Positions 38,620 through 48,819 of a stretch of 64,000 bases of DNA are shown in pieces. A program made the translations under genes and the position numbers. Under the pieces are notes generated by a model. That model was not told the origin of the DNA. It was given only the letters and a program-made list of their open reading frames with translations, and did not search any database. This DNA comes from Candidatus Thorarchaeota archaeon (GTDB lineage: Archaea; Asgardarchaeota; Thorarchaeia; Thorarchaeales; Thorarchaeaceae), in assembly GCA_048882385.1 (NCBI GenBank), contig JBHLRQ010000001.1, positions 13,340 through 77,339 of the forward strand, read 5' to 3'. The number at the start of each line of letters is the position of its first letter. The stretch's first letter is position 1.

Positions 38620-39642
38620 TTGACAAAGTATTTTGTTTATACTTCTGGTGAGTATATTGATGTAGCCCAAGCTGAAGTCAATGCATTATCGCGACCATTA
38701 GCATTGGACGAAATATCATGGGAAGAACGAGTTGGATTAATTGATAGTTCAACCAATCCTGTTTCCTTTCTACTCGAAAGAGCTGCACTAGTCAAAGAAG
38801 CTGGAATTATTCTTGGCGAAATAGAGGAGTTAGATGCCATAGAAACAAATCTTTCTGATGATGTTTTGAAGAGCTCAATTAGTGCCGAGGAAACATTCTC
38901 TGTAAGGGTAATTTCATTGACAGATAGGAAGAAAGACAGGGAAAGAAAAGAAATTGAAACAAAATTAGGTGAACACATCAGAAAAATCACTAATGCCAGC
39001 GTTTCTCTTAATAGTCCTGAATCACGCATTCTTGTTTTCAAGTTTAGAAACACCATTTTGGTTTGTAAATCATCAGCTTCTCAGTTGCGTCATGATCTCA
39101 GAAATCGTGAACCAGGAAAAAAACCATTTTTCCACCCTAGTATGATGAACGCTCCTCTTGCTAGAGTAATGTGTAATCTCGCTGGGGTTATGCCCGGAGA
39201 AATTGTGCTAGACCCATTTTGTGGAGGTGGAGGAATTCTGTGCGAAGCTTCATTTATAGGAGCTAAAACTGTTGGTATCGATCTTAATTGGCGATTATTG
39301 ATGGGAGCGATGAAAAACTTGGCTGCAATTGGAAACCATCATACTTTCATTCAAGGAGATATTCGAACTTTACCAATCCGTGAATGTGACTGCATTGTAA
39401 CTGATCCTCCTTATGGAAGATCTAGTTCAACAAGAGGAGCATATGCTATTCATCTTGTTGAGAGTCTTTTAGGAAATATTGATTCAGTCCTTCGCAGACG
39501 CGGTGAAAGTCTGTGTATTTGTGGAAGTAGTGAGATGAACATCCAAAAAATCGCAAATAACTATGGTCTTAAAGTGAGCCAAATGCTTCAAATCAAAGTA
39601 CATAGCGGACTTGTTAGAAATATACTGACTATCAAATTCTAG
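38620..39642 (+). CDS. tRNA (guanine10-N2)-methyltransferase, Trm11-like (THUMP + class I MTase)
   Basis: THUMP-like N-terminus; motif I DPFCGGGGIL; motif IV TDPPYG. Start is uncertain (TTG 38620 or ATG 38551 overlapping the GPN gene). Confidence 0.7.
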   Translation: MTKYFVYTSGEYIDVAQAEVNALSRPLALDEISWEERVGLIDSSTNPVSFLLERAALVKEAGIILGEIEELDAIETNLSDDVLKSSISAEETFSVRVISLTDRKKDRERKEIETKLGEHIRKITNASVSLNSPESRILVFKFRNTILVCKSSASQLRHDLRNREPGKKPFFHPSMMNAPLARVMCNLAGVMPGEIVLDPFCGGGGILCEASFIGAKTVGIDLNWRLLMGAMKNLAAIGNHHTFIQGDIRTLPIRECDCIVTDPPYGRSSSTRGAYAIHLVESLLGNIDSVLRRRGESLCICGSSEMNIQKIANNYGLKVSQMLQIKVHSGLVRNILTIKF

Positions 39643-40061
39643 TTCAAAATTCGTCCATTCTTTGTTGGAGGCGTGAACCACAGAAGAAATTCATCAAATT
39701 GCGTTTTGTCTTTGAAAACAACACTAACCTCAATGGCGCTTAGAGGTGGTAATTCGGTACTATCATCAATGATTCTTAGTTTTCCAATGAACGCAGCTTG
39801 TTTGTCAAAATAGATTTGTGTTGACGTGCCATTCCAGTTTGATCGTAATCGTTTACGAGCAGTATCAATGATTCTCAAGTCATGGATTGTATGCCGCACA
39901 ATATTCAGCGTTTCTCGTTTAGAACTAGTGAAAACGAGTTCTGAAATCTCATCATTTTTCTCTGTGGTGATATTCTGTGGACCTATGATAGTTTCAAGAG
40001 CCCTTTTTACTCTGAGAATATCTTCTGTGGGATATACTGGACAACTTATGAGAACATCCAT
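39639..40061 (-). CDS. hypothetical conserved small protein, 140 aa
   Basis: No motif recognised; translationally coupled with the downstream P-loop kinase (1-nt gap). Confidence 0.35.
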   Translation of the reverse strand: MDVLISCPVYPTEDILRVKRALETIIGPQNITTEKNDEISELVFTSSKRETLNIVRHTIHDLRIIDTARKRLRSNWNGTSTQIYFDKQAAFIGKLRIIDDSTELPPLSAIEVSVVFKDKTQFDEFLLWFTPPTKNGRILN

Positions 40062-40062
40062 A

Positions 40063-40602
40063 TCAAGTCAGCCTCTTGACGAGCTCCAATGATTGTTTCT
40101 GAAATTCATGCAATGTTCCATCATTGACTATCATGATATCACTGAGGGCAATCACGCCACCCAGACCAACAGATATCTCTCTGATATCACGTTCTTTGAA
40201 CACTTCCCAACTTGGAGGTGCATCATCGCGATTGCGCTCTCTTAGACGATTGTATCTTTCTCTTGGAGAAGAATGAACACAGACAATTACGACCTCATCA
40301 GCACAATCATCAAAGACATCTATTTCTGCGATACTCCTGCACCCCTCAATAACAACTGTGTTTGTTTCTAGATTCTTTAGTTCGTCAACACAGAAAGATG
40401 CTACAGCGCCTGGACCACCCTTTTGCCGCAATTCCAACATGATTTTTTTTGTGTTCTCAGGATTAGGTTCAAGTCCTCTTTTTCTTGTTTCTTCTCGAAT
40501 CACATCACCCATTACAATTACTGGAATCCCAGCATTATGAAAAGCTTCAGCAATCCCACTTTTTCCTGCACCAGGCATTCCAGTAATAATTATCAGCTTC
40601 AT
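40063..40602 (-). CDS. P-loop nucleotide kinase (CoaE / adenylate-kinase-like)
   Basis: MKLIIITGMPGAGKSG is a Walker A at the extreme N-terminus. GAGGT Shine-Dalgarno upstream. The longer ORF start at 40719 is unlikely. Confidence 0.55.
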   Translation of the reverse strand: MKLIIITGMPGAGKSGIAEAFHNAGIPVIVMGDVIREETRKRGLEPNPENTKKIMLELRQKGGPGAVASFCVDELKNLETNTVVIEGCRSIAEIDVFDDCADEVVIVCVHSSPRERYNRLRERNRDDAPPSWEVFKERDIREISVGLGGVIALSDIMIVNDGTLHEFQKQSLELVKRLT

Positions 40603-40808
40603 TCGTTTCAACCTCTGATTAGATTGTATTAGAGGGATTTGTCCCTGATCTTGTCGATTGTATGATAAGATACGTGTACTAGTATCTTTACACTTTCTCA
40701 ACTTGTTGAGTTTAGCCAATACTTCGTTCTTTGACTATCCTTTAAGAATTCCCTTAAACTCATCAATCGTCACGATAATATTGACGTGTTGATAACAGAG
40801 ATAGTGGG

Positions 40809-41378
40809 GTGTTAAGTGTGAACAACCTCGTTCGAGCTTTTCTAAGTATAGATATCGATGATGATGCATTATTATCGCGTGTTTCACAAATCCAACAGAG
40901 ATTGGATCAACAAGCTGCCAAAATGAAAATTGTTGAGATTCATAACATCCATTTCACCTTGCGTTTCTTTGGTGATACTTCAATTGCGAAAATTGATCAA
41001 ATTAGGGAACAGCTCAATAGGATTGAGATTAAACCTTTTGAAATAACAGTTGGCGGAGTTGGTGCGTTTCCTAACAAAAAAAGACCAAGAGTTGTTTGGA
41101 TTGGTGTGACACAACAGGAGCAGCAGGTTCGCGAGTTGAAGCTAGAAATTGATTCTTTACTGCAGAGTGTTGGGTACAAACCAGAGAGAAGAAAATATAC
41201 TCCGCATGCAACTATAGCGAGAATAAGACATGTCAAAGATACTGGTGTGATTGCTAGAAATCTCGATGAGCTTGCCGATGAGTCGATAGGAACTATGACC
41301 ATATCTAGTTTCAATATGATGAAAAGTACTTTGACACCTTCAGGTCCAATCTATGATAAATTGTGGAATGTTCCATAA
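40809..41378 (+). CDS. ligT: RNA 2',3'-cyclic phosphodiesterase / 2'-5' RNA ligase (LigT/ThpR, 2H family)
   Basis: Two HxT/SxR motifs, HFTLRF and HATIAR; GTG start. Confidence 0.8.
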   Translation: MLSVNNLVRAFLSIDIDDDALLSRVSQIQQRLDQQAAKMKIVEIHNIHFTLRFFGDTSIAKIDQIREQLNRIEIKPFEITVGGVGAFPNKKRPRVVWIGVTQQEQQVRELKLEIDSLLQSVGYKPERRKYTPHATIARIRHVKDTGVIARNLDELADESIGTMTISSFNMMKSTLTPSGPIYDKLWNVP

Positions 41379-41382
41379 GTAA

Positions 41383-41491
41383 TGGTGGGCCGGGGGCGAC
41401 TTGAACGCCCGATCTCTTGCATTTTGAGGCTTGAGACTTGACTTTCTCAGCCGCCCCAAGCAAGAATCATACCAAGCTAGACTACCGACCC
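41383..41491 (-). tRNA. tRNA-Pro (anticodon UGG) with ~34-nt anticodon-loop intron
   Basis: Acceptor stem GGGTCGG/CCGGCCC, discriminator A, CCA. D-arm TAGTCTAGCTTGGTA is typical of Pro. Anticodon stem TCTTG/CAAGA with CUUGGG followed by the intron. T-arm GGGCG-TTCAAGT-CGCCC. Confidence 0.7.
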
Positions 41492-41645
41492 GTGATTAAT
41501 TGCCGATACTCGAAGTAAAGATAAACATTACCACTCCTGAAAATGATTGATATCTTTAGAACACATGTTCTAACAACAACTGAATAACGATTGAATGAGA
41601 CTTCAGACTTATCAGTATCTTCTGATTCCTCGCAATGGATTGTCT

Positions 41646-42701
41646 ATGACCGATTTGGTGTATCATGAAACATTTGTCAAGCATGAGATATTACCGGGAC
41701 ATCCCGAAAGTCCGGATCGATTGAGGAGCGCAATGAGTTCGTTCACAGCCGCAGGCCTCCTAGATGATCCAAATGTGATTCTTCTCAAACCACAGAAAGC
41801 CTCGCTGAATAAGATACATCCGATTCATGATGAACTATACATAGAAGGAATCAGGGAGAAATCTGAGAGGGGAGGGGGTTTCTACACAAATGACACAGCA
41901 GTCAATGCACACACATATGATGCTGCACTCTTAGCTGCTGGTGGTGGAATTGAAACAGTAGAAAGAATAATGCAAGGAGATTCAAATAATGCATTCGTGT
42001 TGTGTAGACCTCCAGGACATCATGCTGAATACAGACGAGCTTTTGGTTTTTGCTTTATCAACAACATAGCAGTTGCTGCAGAGCATCTGTTGAAGAATAG
42101 TGATGTGCAAAGAATATTGATAGTCGATTATGATGCTCATCATGGAAATGGAACACAGCGGACATTCTATTCATCTAACAATGTTCTATATGTTGGATTA
42201 CATCAAGATGGAAGAACACTCTTTCCAGGTTCTGGATTTCCCGATGAGATAGGTGAAGGGGATGGAAAGGGGTATACGGTTAATCTTGCTATGTATCCGG
42301 GAACAGGGGATGCATCCTATGACTTGATATGCGACCGTGTTCTGGGTCCTCTCTTCGAATCATATGAACCCGAATTTCTACTTGTTTCAGTTGGATATGA
42401 TGGACATTTCAGAGACCCCTTGACTTCACTCGGACTGACGACCTCTGGTTTTGCTATGCTTAACTCACGATTGAACGAATTGGCTAAATCATATACGGAT
42501 GGTAAGATAGCATGTTTCTTAGAGGGTGGATACAATCTCGATGTGATGGGCATGTGTTCTCTGAACCTCCTTCAAGAATTATTAGGATTAAAGGTTTCAA
42601 GGTTTGATGACAGCTACACAGAAAGTGAAACATGCTCTCGATACACAGAAGATTTGATTGATAGAGTGATCCAGGAATCTCCTTTACTTTCAAGTCACTA
42701 G
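41646..42701 (+). CDS. Histone-deacetylase-family (arginase-fold) deacetylase / acetoin-utilisation AcuC-like
   Basis: HDAC motifs CRPPGHHA, DYDAHHGNGTQ and GGGY-like FLEGGYNL. Confidence 0.8.
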   Translation: MTDLVYHETFVKHEILPGHPESPDRLRSAMSSFTAAGLLDDPNVILLKPQKASLNKIHPIHDELYIEGIREKSERGGGFYTNDTAVNAHTYDAALLAAGGGIETVERIMQGDSNNAFVLCRPPGHHAEYRRAFGFCFINNIAVAAEHLLKNSDVQRILIVDYDAHHGNGTQRTFYSSNNVLYVGLHQDGRTLFPGSGFPDEIGEGDGKGYTVNLAMYPGTGDASYDLICDRVLGPLFESYEPEFLLVSVGYDGHFRDPLTSLGLTTSGFAMLNSRLNELAKSYTDGKIACFLEGGYNLDVMGMCSLNLLQELLGLKVSRFDDSYTESETCSRYTEDLIDRVIQESPLLSSH

Positions 42702-44947
42702 TTGCTAAAGTCTTCTAATAGTGTTTGAATAGAATCAACATCATCATTCATTTCTTGCATTTCCTCAACATGAGTGGTTCCTGTTTTAACATCAATACCT
42801 AATTGTTGCTTTATCGAATCTGCAATCGAAGAACCTATTGTTGGTATGCTTGCCAGTTCTGTTAGTGGAATTCTATAGAGATCAGCAAGATTTGTGAGCC
42901 CATGATTATGAAGCATCCTTCCTCTAATACGACCGACTCCTCTAAGACTCACAAGTTCTAGAATGTCTGTTTGAACTCCATAACGAAGTCGAGATTTTAG
43001 ATTATGCAGAGCAGGAATATGATTGGGTGCATCAACTATTCGTGCAATCTCTGAAGCAGCGTATGTTAGCCACTCTGCAGATTGCACGTATCGGTGTACA
43101 TCACCCATTCCCACGTTGTATTGTTCTGTTATGTTTTTGTCAGTCTTTTCAGAAATCCAGTCGTGAAGGAGGTTCGCTGTTTTAATTTGTGCTAGAAAGT
43201 CGGAGTATGAACGAGGTCCTTCTTCTTCCATTGGTGGTTCAACCATGAGCTTGTCGATTTGATCATCAAGCAAGATGACATATTCCTCGACCTCTGACTG
43301 TGTTACATATGTAAGTGGTTGATCAGGAGTATAGCAAATGAGATGCAAGAGGCCTATTGTACTACGTTTGTTAGTTTCCGTAAGGACATCCCGAAGCAGA
43401 ATAGCAGTATATGGATCAATATAGAGACGGGATGCTCTCTTGCCAAGAGGTGTTGCTGAGAACATTGTAGATGATGCTGCTTCAATGAGACCACCATTCT
43501 CGAGGAATCCTAAGGCGTCTGAAATATGATGGTCAATTTCCAGTGGTCCATTTTGGTATGAGAAAAATGTACCAGCAATCAATGAATCTATCTCTTCTCG
43601 AGTCTGGGTCATTTCTGCAGCAATTGAAGCCAATAAATGAAATCTAACAGCCCGTGGTGATGCAAGCTTGGAAGTGATTTCTTCAGGTTCAGACAATGTA
43701 TAGTTGTCAATTAAGAAATCGTGTTCAGGTTCAGTTCGTGCAAACAAAACTGCTTCTCCATAGTCATCGTATTTGGGTCGCCCTGCACGACCAGCCATCT
43801 GTTTGTATTCTAATACAGGTATAGGATAATTTCCTTGATCTTGGTCAAACCTACGGTAATCACGAATGATGACTCGTCTGGCAGGTAGGTTAACACCTGC
43901 AGCAAGTGTTGGTGTAGCAATAATGACCTTCAGTAGATTGTTCTTGAAATAATCCTCAACAAGCACACGTTCATTGTTATCAAGACCTGCATGATGAAAT
44001 GCAACACCATTGGATATCAAACGACTCAATGTCTTGGAAGTTTCAGGCGCTGAAGGAGATGATGCTATTTTCTTAGATCCTTTTGCTAGTAGATACATTT
44101 CATCTTTTGAGATATAACGACGCAATGATGATGCAAGTTTTTTTGCCACAGCTACAGTTGAACGACGACTAGACACAAAAACGAGAACTTGACCATTTTC
44201 ATCAAGAGTGTCACAGACGATATCAGCCAATACTTCTTTTCGTTCTCTTTTGATTACTTTGGATTTACTTCTGCCATTTATGTAGAAACTTATTTTTCCA
44301 TCCAAATAGACCCCTTCATTCAGGGGAACCGGTCTCCAAGTACTCTTGACCAGCTCAGCATTGAGCCAGCTCGCAATTTGGTCTGCATTGGAAATGGTGG
44401 CACTCAAAGCAACTATTTGGATATCTTTAATGATTTGGATTAGTTTAGCTAGAACCATTTCAAGAGTTGGACCACGTTTGGCATCATTGATTAGATGGAT
44501 TTCATCAGCAACCACTATCCCTACGTCATCAATCCACCCAGTTTTATTGCGAATAAGTGAATCTGCCCGTTCAGTAGTCACTACGACTATATCAGCATCG
44601 TTTAGCTTTCTTCCAGGTGAGTCGAAATCACCCACGGACATCGCTGTGGTTATTCCTAGATCTTCATATTTCTTGAAGTCTACATACTTTTCACGTGCAA
44701 GTGATTTCAGAGGGACAAGGTAAAGTGCCTTTCCGCGACCATCAAGAATGTTTTTGAGCATGCAGATTTCAGCGACTAGTGTTTTTCCTGAGCTTGTAGG
44801 TATTGCTAATACAAGGTTCTTTCCATTCAAGACACCTGTTTTGAACGCACTCTCTTGTGGTTCGAAGAGTTCTGAGATTCCATGTGTCTGAAGATGCGAG
44901 ATTATTTTCTTGTTGATTTCCAACTCTTCCAATTGAATTGTATTCAT
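42698..44947 (-). CDS. hel308: Hel308/Hjm-type Ski2-like DNA helicase
   Basis: SF2 motifs AIPTSSGKT, DEIH and SATISN, plus C-terminal winged-helix and HhH domains. Start at MNTIQLEE (ATG 44945-47). Confidence 0.85.
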   Translation of the reverse strand: MNTIQLEELEINKKIISHLQTHGISELFEPQESAFKTGVLNGKNLVLAIPTSSGKTLVAEICMLKNILDGRGKALYLVPLKSLAREKYVDFKKYEDLGITTAMSVGDFDSPGRKLNDADIVVVTTERADSLIRNKTGWIDDVGIVVADEIHLINDAKRGPTLEMVLAKLIQIIKDIQIVALSATISNADQIASWLNAELVKSTWRPVPLNEGVYLDGKISFYINGRSKSKVIKRERKEVLADIVCDTLDENGQVLVFVSSRRSTVAVAKKLASSLRRYISKDEMYLLAKGSKKIASSPSAPETSKTLSRLISNGVAFHHAGLDNNERVLVEDYFKNNLLKVIIATPTLAAGVNLPARRVIIRDYRRFDQDQGNYPIPVLEYKQMAGRAGRPKYDDYGEAVLFARTEPEHDFLIDNYTLSEPEEITSKLASPRAVRFHLLASIAAEMTQTREEIDSLIAGTFFSYQNGPLEIDHHISDALGFLENGGLIEAASSTMFSATPLGKRASRLYIDPYTAILLRDVLTETNKRSTIGLLHLICYTPDQPLTYVTQSEVEEYVILLDDQIDKLMVEPPMEEEGPRSYSDFLAQIKTANLLHDWISEKTDKNITEQYNVGMGDVHRYVQSAEWLTYAASEIARIVDAPNHIPALHNLKSRLRYGVQTDILELVSLRGVGRIRGRMLHNHGLTNLADLYRIPLTELASIPTIGSSIADSIKQQLGIDVKTGTTHVEEMQEMNDDVDSIQTLLEDFSN

Positions 44948-44975
44948 CTCCACTGGGATTATTGCAGATGTTATT

Positions 44976-47063
44976 TTAGCTCTGGGAGTGTCTGATTTTA
45001 CCCTCTCGTGGACTATATAGTATCCCGTCGTTGAGTAGTTTCTCAATGACCTTCTCAGCTCGTTCGCGTGAGAGTCCCATTGAAACGGTTCTCTGTATCA
45101 ACGCATCTATATTCACTGTTGAAGTTCCTTCAGATTCCATGTCTCGAAGTGCTTTGATGATGATATCAGAAGAGCTTCTTTGTTCAGCGCTCATCTTTGA
45201 TACTTGACGATCAATGTCAATTCGGCCAGTTATTCTGTCCATTGCGACCATCCTTAGTGATTCTTCCATTAGACGAATTGCGGCTCGAGCATCTTCTTTG
45301 TTGACTTCAGACCGTAGAGCCATTCTAGCTCTGGCTTCTGCTAATCGAACAAGTGATTCAAGTTGTCGAGCCGTAATGGGAATTGCTCCTCCTCCTTCGG
45401 CACTTTTCCTAAGTTCAACATAGAAATCTTCAATGACCTCTGCAGCATCTGCAGTGAGTTGGGGAAATACGTTAAGATTTGCATATCCAATATATTTTTT
45501 CAGAAATTCAGGAGATATTGGAGGTAGTACACCTTGGTCTTGGATTTTCTTCATCTGATGCATATCTAGAATGAACTTTGCAAGTTCACGGTCTTGATCA
45601 ACATTGACAGTATCTACCATTATCCAGATTAGGTCAAATCTTGATAAGATTGTGAATGGCAGTCTTATGTTTTCTTGAAGAGTGAGTGAATCTTCGTATC
45701 GGCCTAATGTAGGATTTGCAGCCGCAAGAATTGAGGTTCGTGCATTGAGTGTAGCCACAATGCCTGCTTTGGCGATACTTACAGTGTGTTGTTCCATGGC
45801 TTCATGTATTGCTGTTCGATCATTGGGGTCCATCTTATCGAACTCGTCAATACAGGCAATTCCTTGATCTGCTAGAACCAATGCTCCGGCTTCAAGGGTC
45901 ATAGCGCTCGAATCAGTATCATGAACAACTGCAGCAGTGAGTCCAGCAGCAGTTGTGCCTTTTCCAGACGTGTAGAGTCCTCGAGCTGCAAGTCCGGAAA
46001 CAAACTTGAGAATCTGGCTTTTTCCAGTTCCAGGATCTCCAATCATCAAAATGTTTGATTTTCCCCTTAAACGCGTTCCGTCAGATAGAAGCTTTGGAAC
46101 TCCACCAAAAAGAAGAAGACCAATAGATTCCTTGATATTATCATGTCCTTGAATTGATGGTGCGATGCTTGCTTGAATTCTTTCGTGGACTTGCGGATGT
46201 TGAGATAACTCTTCGATACGTTTTACATCTTCTTCCGATATCTGAAGCTGCTCGTACTCCTTCTCAGAAATTTCAACACCGTTTGCTTCGATGAATATAT
46301 TGAATGTTGCTAATTTTCCTCCTCGTCTTGAGAAATCAGGAGTTGTTTGTAGTATTCCAGTGACTTTAACCAAATCTCCTGGTCTTGAGATATCAACAAT
46401 ATCACCCTCTAATATTACATCAACTGACCGGGGCATTTGACCTGGAGGGAGTTCTTCTGGAGATTCTTGTATTCGAACCTTCTGCCAGTCTTTGAATTGC
46501 GATTTTTGAGGAATTAGCCGCATTGGTGTCTTTTTTGTACAAACAGGACATAGTGCTGGTTCGGTGTACTTTCCCTCATCTTGATCTTGAGGGATTTCTG
46601 ATTGACAAATTCGGCAAAGAAAAACTGCTTTTACAAGCAGGGGCTTGACTTCACTTGCACGCATCATGATTCCACTGATATGAATCAATTTTCCAATATG
46701 CCGCGAGCGAATTGTACGAAGTGGTACATGCTCAGGATATCCAATAAAACGAGTTTTTATGATGCTTGAATCAGTTAGACTATTGACATAATCTGGATCT
46801 TCGATTCTTAATACAGAAACTAATGCGTTGTTGACCATCTCTAGGAATCTTTTGGGGTCTTCAGCTGCAAGTGCTATGAATACATTGTCGAAGCTAGTGA
46901 GATCTTGAAAATTCACAGTAAGAGAGATTTCGTCATTGATAGACATCTGTTGAACTCGAGTCCAATAGATAGAGTTTCCTTGTTCATCCTTGTAGGTTCT
47001 CAGAAACTCTTCAAACCTTTCTTGTTCATCATAGCTAGACATCTTATTTGGCCTCGACAACAT
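44976..47063 (-). CDS. mcm: MCM replicative helicase
   Basis: Zn finger CPVC...CRIC; Walker A GDPGTGKSQ; Walker B CIDEFDKM; arginine finger SRFDL. No intein. Confidence 0.95.
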   Translation of the reverse strand: MLSRPNKMSSYDEQERFEEFLRTYKDEQGNSIYWTRVQQMSINDEISLTVNFQDLTSFDNVFIALAAEDPKRFLEMVNNALVSVLRIEDPDYVNSLTDSSIIKTRFIGYPEHVPLRTIRSRHIGKLIHISGIMMRASEVKPLLVKAVFLCRICQSEIPQDQDEGKYTEPALCPVCTKKTPMRLIPQKSQFKDWQKVRIQESPEELPPGQMPRSVDVILEGDIVDISRPGDLVKVTGILQTTPDFSRRGGKLATFNIFIEANGVEISEKEYEQLQISEEDVKRIEELSQHPQVHERIQASIAPSIQGHDNIKESIGLLLFGGVPKLLSDGTRLRGKSNILMIGDPGTGKSQILKFVSGLAARGLYTSGKGTTAAGLTAAVVHDTDSSAMTLEAGALVLADQGIACIDEFDKMDPNDRTAIHEAMEQHTVSIAKAGIVATLNARTSILAAANPTLGRYEDSLTLQENIRLPFTILSRFDLIWIMVDTVNVDQDRELAKFILDMHQMKKIQDQGVLPPISPEFLKKYIGYANLNVFPQLTADAAEVIEDFYVELRKSAEGGGAIPITARQLESLVRLAEARARMALRSEVNKEDARAAIRLMEESLRMVAMDRITGRIDIDRQVSKMSAEQRSSSDIIIKALRDMESEGTSTVNIDALIQRTVSMGLSRERAEKVIEKLLNDGILYSPREGKIRHSQS

Positions 47064-47125
47064 TGCTTCTGCAATCGTTTCTTTGTTCTTCAGGATTTGT
47101 ATTTAAGGACACTAATACTCACAAC

Positions 47126-47695
47126 CTATTCCAAAATGTTTTGGCGCCATCCAGAAAATAAGTCAATCAGCGTTTCACAAAGCCAGCGCTCTTCATAAGC
47201 CATCTGTTTCCGCTTTTCTTGATACGCACCTGATTTTGCAACACGTAGTATTTTTGATAGTCTTGTTTCGACTAGAAAGGGAACCATACGCTGTAGTTTC
47301 TCAATCTCTTCATACTTTCGTGGATCCATGGATGTCCTGTCACTTTGGAGACGAAGCAGCTTCCTCCCAAGTGCTGTATAAAGGAATGGTTGAAATGTCT
47401 GTAGTTTGTGCGGTTGTTTCTCCTCTTCGCGATATAGATTCTGAAGACGTCTTAGAGAGTCATAAGCGTCTTCCGGAGATATATCAGCAATTTCATGATT
47501 CATAAGACGCTCAATAACCCAGTTTGGTAGATTTGCTTTATCGCCTTTCTTGAAAGGACCTAGTTTCTTTCCACTCACCTCAATCTCATTCATTGGCTTT
47601 TGAAAAATGCATTCCCTGACTTCATTGAGAAATAGCATATCAAATCGTTTCATAACGTCCTTTGTTTCATCGAACAGCTTCATGACTTCCCACAT
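47126..47695 (-). CDS. gins23: GINS subunit Gins23 (Psf2/Psf3-like; B-domain N-terminal, A-domain C-terminal)
   Basis: B-domain KLGPFKKGDKANLPNWVIERLMNHEIADI followed by a helical A-domain; immediately upstream of mcm. Confidence 0.65.
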   Translation of the reverse strand: MWEVMKLFDETKDVMKRFDMLFLNEVRECIFQKPMNEIEVSGKKLGPFKKGDKANLPNWVIERLMNHEIADISPEDAYDSLRRLQNLYREEEKQPHKLQTFQPFLYTALGRKLLRLQSDRTSMDPRKYEEIEKLQRMVPFLVETRLSKILRVAKSGAYQEKRKQMAYEERWLCETLIDLFSGWRQNILE

Positions 47696-47859
47696 CTGAT
47701 TCTGGGTAATCAGTGATAAAGCCCTTGCTCTTTGTTATTGAGTTATAGTGATTAAATCTAAGTATGACTAGGATTAAACAAGAATTGTCAGAGAATCTTT
47801 TAAGGGGTCATGAAAGATTCGTAGCAGATTCTGGCTTACAAGTTATGGAAGGAAAAACG

Positions 47860-48819
47860 ATGGATTTGGACTTATGGACTGAAAAATACCGACCACCAAC
47901 CTTGAGTGAAATAATAGGCCAAGAATCTGTGATTGATAGCTTGAAGAAATTTGTTGAGAACAAGGCTGTACCACATTGCCTTTTTGCGGGTCCTCCGGGA
48001 ACTAGTAAGACTACTGCTGCAATGGCTATGGCAAGAGACCTTTTTGGTGATTCTTTTGAACGAAATTTCATGGAACTTAACGCAAGTGATGAAAGAGGAA
48101 TAGATGTTGTGAGAAATCAGATCAAGACCTTTGCTAGAACCATGCCTTCAGGAGATGCTCCTTTCAAGATACTGGTCCTTGATGAAGCCGATCATCTTAC
48201 GGCAGATGCTCAACACGCTCTTCGAAGAACTATGGAATCATTTGCCTCCTCATGTAGGATTGTATTGATTTGTAACTATTCTAGTAGGATTATTCCTCCA
48301 ATTCAATCAAGATGTGCGATTTTTCGTTTTTCGAAACTTGGTGAAGAAGACATCTCGGGGAGACTCAAGTTTGTAGCTAAAAATGAGAATGTTAGTTTAT
48401 CAGCAGCAGGTATCAAGGCTATTTTGTATCTTGCAGAAGGTGATATGAGAGCAGCATTAAATCTTCTTCAAGCTGCTTCATCGACTGGAGAAAAAGTAAC
48501 GGATGATATTGTATATTCAATCTCAGGAAGAGCAAATCCAGAGATAATACAAAAAATGTTGGTTGATGCATATGAGGGAAAATACGTCGATTCTCTTGAT
48601 AGTCTCAGAGACCTCATCTATAACCAAGGTGTTTCACCTGTCGATCTTGTGAAACAAATGCATCGTGAAGTAGAAAGTCTAAATCTTAATCCTCACAAGA
48701 GAATGGACATCCTAGAACACACGGCAGAAATCGAATTTCGTGTGGGTGAAGGCGCAAATGGAGAGATTCAGCTAGCCTCGCTCTTGGCACGCATTGGAAC
48801 TGGTAGTGATTCTGAATGA
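47860..48819 (+). CDS. rfcS: Replication factor C small subunit
   Basis: WTEKYRP, GPPGTSKTT, DEADHLT and SRC motifs; no intein. Confidence 0.9.
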   Translation: MDLDLWTEKYRPPTLSEIIGQESVIDSLKKFVENKAVPHCLFAGPPGTSKTTAAMAMARDLFGDSFERNFMELNASDERGIDVVRNQIKTFARTMPSGDAPFKILVLDEADHLTADAQHALRRTMESFASSCRIVLICNYSSRIIPPIQSRCAIFRFSKLGEEDISGRLKFVAKNENVSLSAAGIKAILYLAEGDMRAALNLLQAASSTGEKVTDDIVYSISGRANPEIIQKMLVDAYEGKYVDSLDSLRDLIYNQGVSPVDLVKQMHREVESLNLNPHKRMDILEHTAEIEFRVGEGANGEIQLASLLARIGTGSDSE